Assembly: GCA_050575255.1 (NCBI GenBank) | Contig: JBNZDD010013451.1 | Coordinates: 373,724 to 437,723, forward strand | Origin: Harriotta raleighana | Lineage: Eukaryota | Direction of reading: 5' to 3' | Length of the DNA: 64,000 bases | Shown here: piece by piece, positions 60,320 to 64,000 of the stretch | Layout of the letters: each line of letters begins with the position of its first letter | How positions within the stretch are numbered: position 1 is the stretch's first letter | Translations under genes and position numbers: made by a program | The notes under the pieces: generated by a model | Told to the model about the DNA's origin: nothing | The model's input: the letters and a program-made list of their open reading frames with translations, nothing else | Databases searched by the model: none

Positions 60320-60590
60320 TAATCCTCGCATTTGATAGAGCGCTTTTCACTTCTTTTAGACGGCTCGTAGTGCTTCACGGGAAATATAATGTGTAGTGAA
60401 TTGACTGTACATTTTGTGGGAGAAACGCAGCGGACAATTGCGGACAGCGGCGTCCCCACAAACCGTCGTGGATTGATTGACCAAATCAGTATCGTTTTTG
60501 TTTTGAGGGATTATTATCAGACGAGTGGAGGAAGGATATTTGCCCATGGTTTCGACCCTGAGCTGCCTGGCATTGAACACACAGGTCACG
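60320..60590 (-). mobile_element. Diverged SINE
   Basis: Family motifs with more substitutions. Confidence 0.75.
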
Positions 60591-61604
60591 TGTTGTACAG
60601 CAACAACAAGAACGACAAAATTACATTGATAGAGCGCCTTTCACATCAGGAGGATGTTATAAATGAGCACGCTAGATTAAGTTTAAATTCACGCTCTTAA
60701 GTTTAAATGAGGAACGTGTGTGACATTAGAGCTGTTTGTAAGAGGACGGAGCTCATTTTTTAAGATGAGGTTTTCTTTTAAAGAGAGGGGTGAGTAGAGG
60801 GAATTCTGTATTAAATCCAATGCGGGTTGTAAACCTCCCCTTGGGTTGCTTGATAACATTTGTCACACGATGGAATGAACAAACACATTGCATTTCCTAG
60901 GCACTGCTGTCTGGAGGCAAACCTTCAGGAGAACAATGTCTAATGTCGCTTGTGAGAGATTATTTTACACCATCCTGTCTGTACTGCGCGAAATGTTTGT
61001 CTAATTCTAAAACATTGCTTTTAACAGAATTGTAAAGGCAGGCAGAAATGTATTGCCCCAGATTTCTGAAAGTGTGGAGGTAAAGTGGGGAGCGATTTGC
61101 AAACGTACGACTTCACACACTCAACCCGAGAGCCCAGAAGTGGCGATTTCACTTGCCTTTGACACGTACTGTTAAACATTGTTTGCTGCCAACAAACACT
61201 TGAAACTGTCCCACTGAATGGTAAAGCTGTGAGTTGCACAGAAACGTAAAGGTTCAGCTGATCTCTGACACCCCACCCCCCCACTCCCCCTCCTTAAATC
61301 ATAACCCCTTTGAGATTTCCCAGGAAATTAAAGTCACCCAGTTGTGTGTTTGGAGGGTGGGAGAATAGGTGGTTTGTTCCACACTTGCAAACCCAAATAG
61401 TTCTAGTAGCAGTCGTATATGGCCTCGGGTTTCAGACGCTGAGCGTTAGTTTGAACGAGTGGAGGCAATTCACTCGGTGTCTGACTGAGGCCACTGTTTA
61501 TTGGGAGAGGGTTTAACTCTCCAAACACTGGGTTTCCATTTTCTTTTGCTTCAATCTTTTGCTCAAATTCATAATCCTTCTCTTTTTTTAAATTAAAAAA
61601 AATC

Positions 61605-61945
61605 ATAATAATACTAATGCTTGCATTTTGATGCAGCGCTTTTCACATCTTATCCACGTCTCAAAGCGCTTCGCAGGATATACTGTAAAGTGAATTGACT
61701 GTAATATTTGCGGACGAAACACGGCAGCCGATTGCGCACGGCGGTGAACCCCGCACAAACAGTCGTGATTGTGGATTGAAATGACCAATTTTTATCATTG
61801 TGGGGTGTTTTTTTTGGAGGGATTATTATTAGGCGTGTGCGTGGAGCAAGGAAACTTGCCCAAGGTTTCGTCCTGATCTGCCTGGATTCGAACACAGGTC
61901 TCACGCTTGTAAGGCGAGTGATCCGACTACTGAACTACAGGAGCT
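61605..61945 (-). mobile_element. SINE, full length
   Basis: Tail through head GGATTCGAACACAGGTCTCACGCTTGTAAGGCGAG. Confidence 0.9.
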
Positions 61946-62215
61946 CAGTCTGAAAATTCTTAATGCTGCACTTTCCACAGTATCTCCCAAACTGACTAGA
62001 CACATTTCCGTGCTGGTGTGTGTGTGTTTTTTTTTTTAAAAAGAGCGGGGAATTGTGATTAGGATGGATGGCTTTCTTAGAGGAAGAGCAAAGATTGACG
62101 TGAAAATAAATAGTTTGAATGGCCTCTGACTGTGTTGTAACTGTCTGTGCTTTTGACTGCCATTGAATCAGAGTCATTAAGCAAAGACAGGGACAGCNTG
62201 TGTGTGTGTGTGTTN

Positions 62216-62263
<48 letters not shown>

Positions 62264-62300
62264 TACTTGACGAAAATCACGTCTATGTCTTTTTCTCTAG

Positions 62301-62388
62301 GAGGACGTGTACCGCGCTACCACCAAGCGTCTGATTGAGGGCGTCATTTCAGGCTATAACGCTACAGTGTTCGCCTACGGACCAACAG
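62301..62388 (+). CDS. KIF19: KIF19 coding exon 4 (ends within the P-loop); gene continues beyond the window
   Basis: CTCTAG| ... G|GTAAGC; encodes EDVYRATTKRLIEGVISGYNATVFAYGPT(G). Confidence 0.95.
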
Positions 62389-63809
62389 GTAAGCAGCAAC
62401 ATATCCCATTCGTTCCAAATCTCTGACTGTCCAGCGCCTTGGGACATCCTCCCAATTCTGTGGCTTCACTGTTGGCCGGATAGCTAAATGCATCATCAGC
62501 AACGCTCCCAGGCTCTTCAGACGAGAAGGTTGGTCTGTTGTTACCTGGGCAGCGGCAGTGGTTTTGTGGGAAAGGCCGGAAGTAACCACAATCGGCCTCT
62601 TTGCTCATAAATTAGACGGGGAGGAAATCAGTTGCCCCTTGGACTAAACCTCTGCTGCGGATGGACATATGGGGGAGGGACGCTGAGAACGGGATTGGGT
62701 TTAGGAGCGGGATTGCCCGAGCGGAAGCGGAAAGAGTCTCGTGGCCACCCAATCCAGGAGGAGAGAAAAATGAGCAGGGAATAATGCTGATAAGAATAAT
62801 AATAATAATAACAACAAGGTACAATTTCCCAATTGGGGGGGGGGGGGGCTTGTATAGTACAGTATTGTGAGAAATGTAATTCATTCAGGAAAGGTAATTC
62901 ATTAGTTGTGGGAAGGCTCCGATTGCATTTCCGGCCGATCTTCTTCAGGGGACCAGCGTTTCAATTAAAGCCTTTAGCAAATGACAGCAGGCCTTCGACA
63001 TGAGAGGCTTTCAATTATTCAGGCCAGTGAATGAAAGGGAAATGCTGTCTTCGCTGATTGACGGCAGCACGTACACACGCACAATATTTTTAAAAAATAT
63101 ATATATATTTATTGGAAATTTGGACCAATAATCGATAAATTCCTGAGACTGACAGACCTGTGAACGAAACTTCTCGCGGTATTTCCACTGCGGTTCGGAG
63201 AGCAGTTCTCGCCGTCAGATACCCCGATCAACGCTGTCGGAATCGATCAGTTAAAGCCGTTATGTAAGACTGCCTGTTAATAACAGAGGAACACAACAAG
63301 TCCCCCACAGAAAACAAACAGATCTCTCCATGATGACACACTCTTGTCTCTTCCCCCACAAAAACTGTGTTGATGTCTCTCTCTCTCTCTCTGTGTGTGC
63401 AAATGCACGCGACCCCAATAAACAGTTGCTTATCTTATCAGAAAGCTCATGGGCTCATTGACTTTCAGATAAGTGTGGGGTCAGGAGAGGAATGGTGGGG
63501 GGGGGGGTGGTGGTTGGGGTTTATACTGTTTACTTTTTGCATGAGGTGAAACCCATTCTCACTTTATAGGGTGTACTGAACACATGGAGATTACAGAGTG
63601 GCCATGAGGTGGGAGGGAGGCGATTACATTCCTAGATGTTTAGAACGATTTATATACAGTGCTGTCTCTTCCAAAAGCGTGGCTTGCCATTTGAAAGTGT
63701 TTTAAGCATGAAATTGTTGGACGGTCTGAAAGATAACTGCAGACTAAGAGCTATACAGAACAATGCGATATACAGTATTGCTGAAATCTTCATTTAACGT
63801 GTGTTTGAG

Positions 63810-63912
63810 CAGCCTGAGCACTTGCCTTATAAGTGTGAGACCTGTGTTCGAACCTAGGTCAGGTCAGGGAGAAACCTTGGGCAAGTTTCCTTACTCCACA
63901 CACACACACACA

Positions 63913-63954
<42 letters not shown>

Positions 63955-64000
63955 CACACACACACACACACGTGCCTAATAATAATCCCTCAAAAAAACC
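63810..64000 (+). mobile_element. SINE 5' part with an expanded (CA)n, running off the window
   Basis: GTGTGAGACCTGTGTTCGAACC...GGGCAAGTTTCCTTACTCCA(CA)n. Confidence 0.85.

Overview
Eukaryotic (vertebrate) genomic DNA. The repeat content suggests a cartilaginous fish, probably the elephant shark Callorhinchus milii (inferred, not verified). Three multi-exon genes lie on the + strand in the same order as human 17q25. (1) The 3' part of TTYH2: 11 coding exons at 216-11422, then a ~4.2 kb repeat-free putative 3'UTR. (2) An apparently complete DNAI2: ATG at 18490, 11 well-supported coding exons to 31794 and two tentative C-terminal exons to 33026, ~603 aa. (3) The first four coding exons of kinesin-8 KIF19 at 36958-62388, continuing beyond the window. 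Exons were assembled by hand from splice sites, phase continuity and recalled similarity to the human proteins; most ORF-track entries are spurious. From ~15.8 kb the DNA switches abruptly from AT-rich and repeat-poor to GC/CpG-richer and dense in a tRNA-derived SINE, L2 and CR1 3' fragments, two DNA-transposon MITEs and microsatellites. Many duplications flank single 'n' characters and are assembly artefacts. I found no convincing new biological system. The best leads are an RFX X-box abutting a Forkhead site upstream of DNAI2, a quasi-palindromic 19-bp minisatellite against a DNAI2 acceptor, a GC-AG intron, a GAG acceptor, a PY motif split by the last TTYH2 intron, and recurrent head-to-head retroposon tail pairs.
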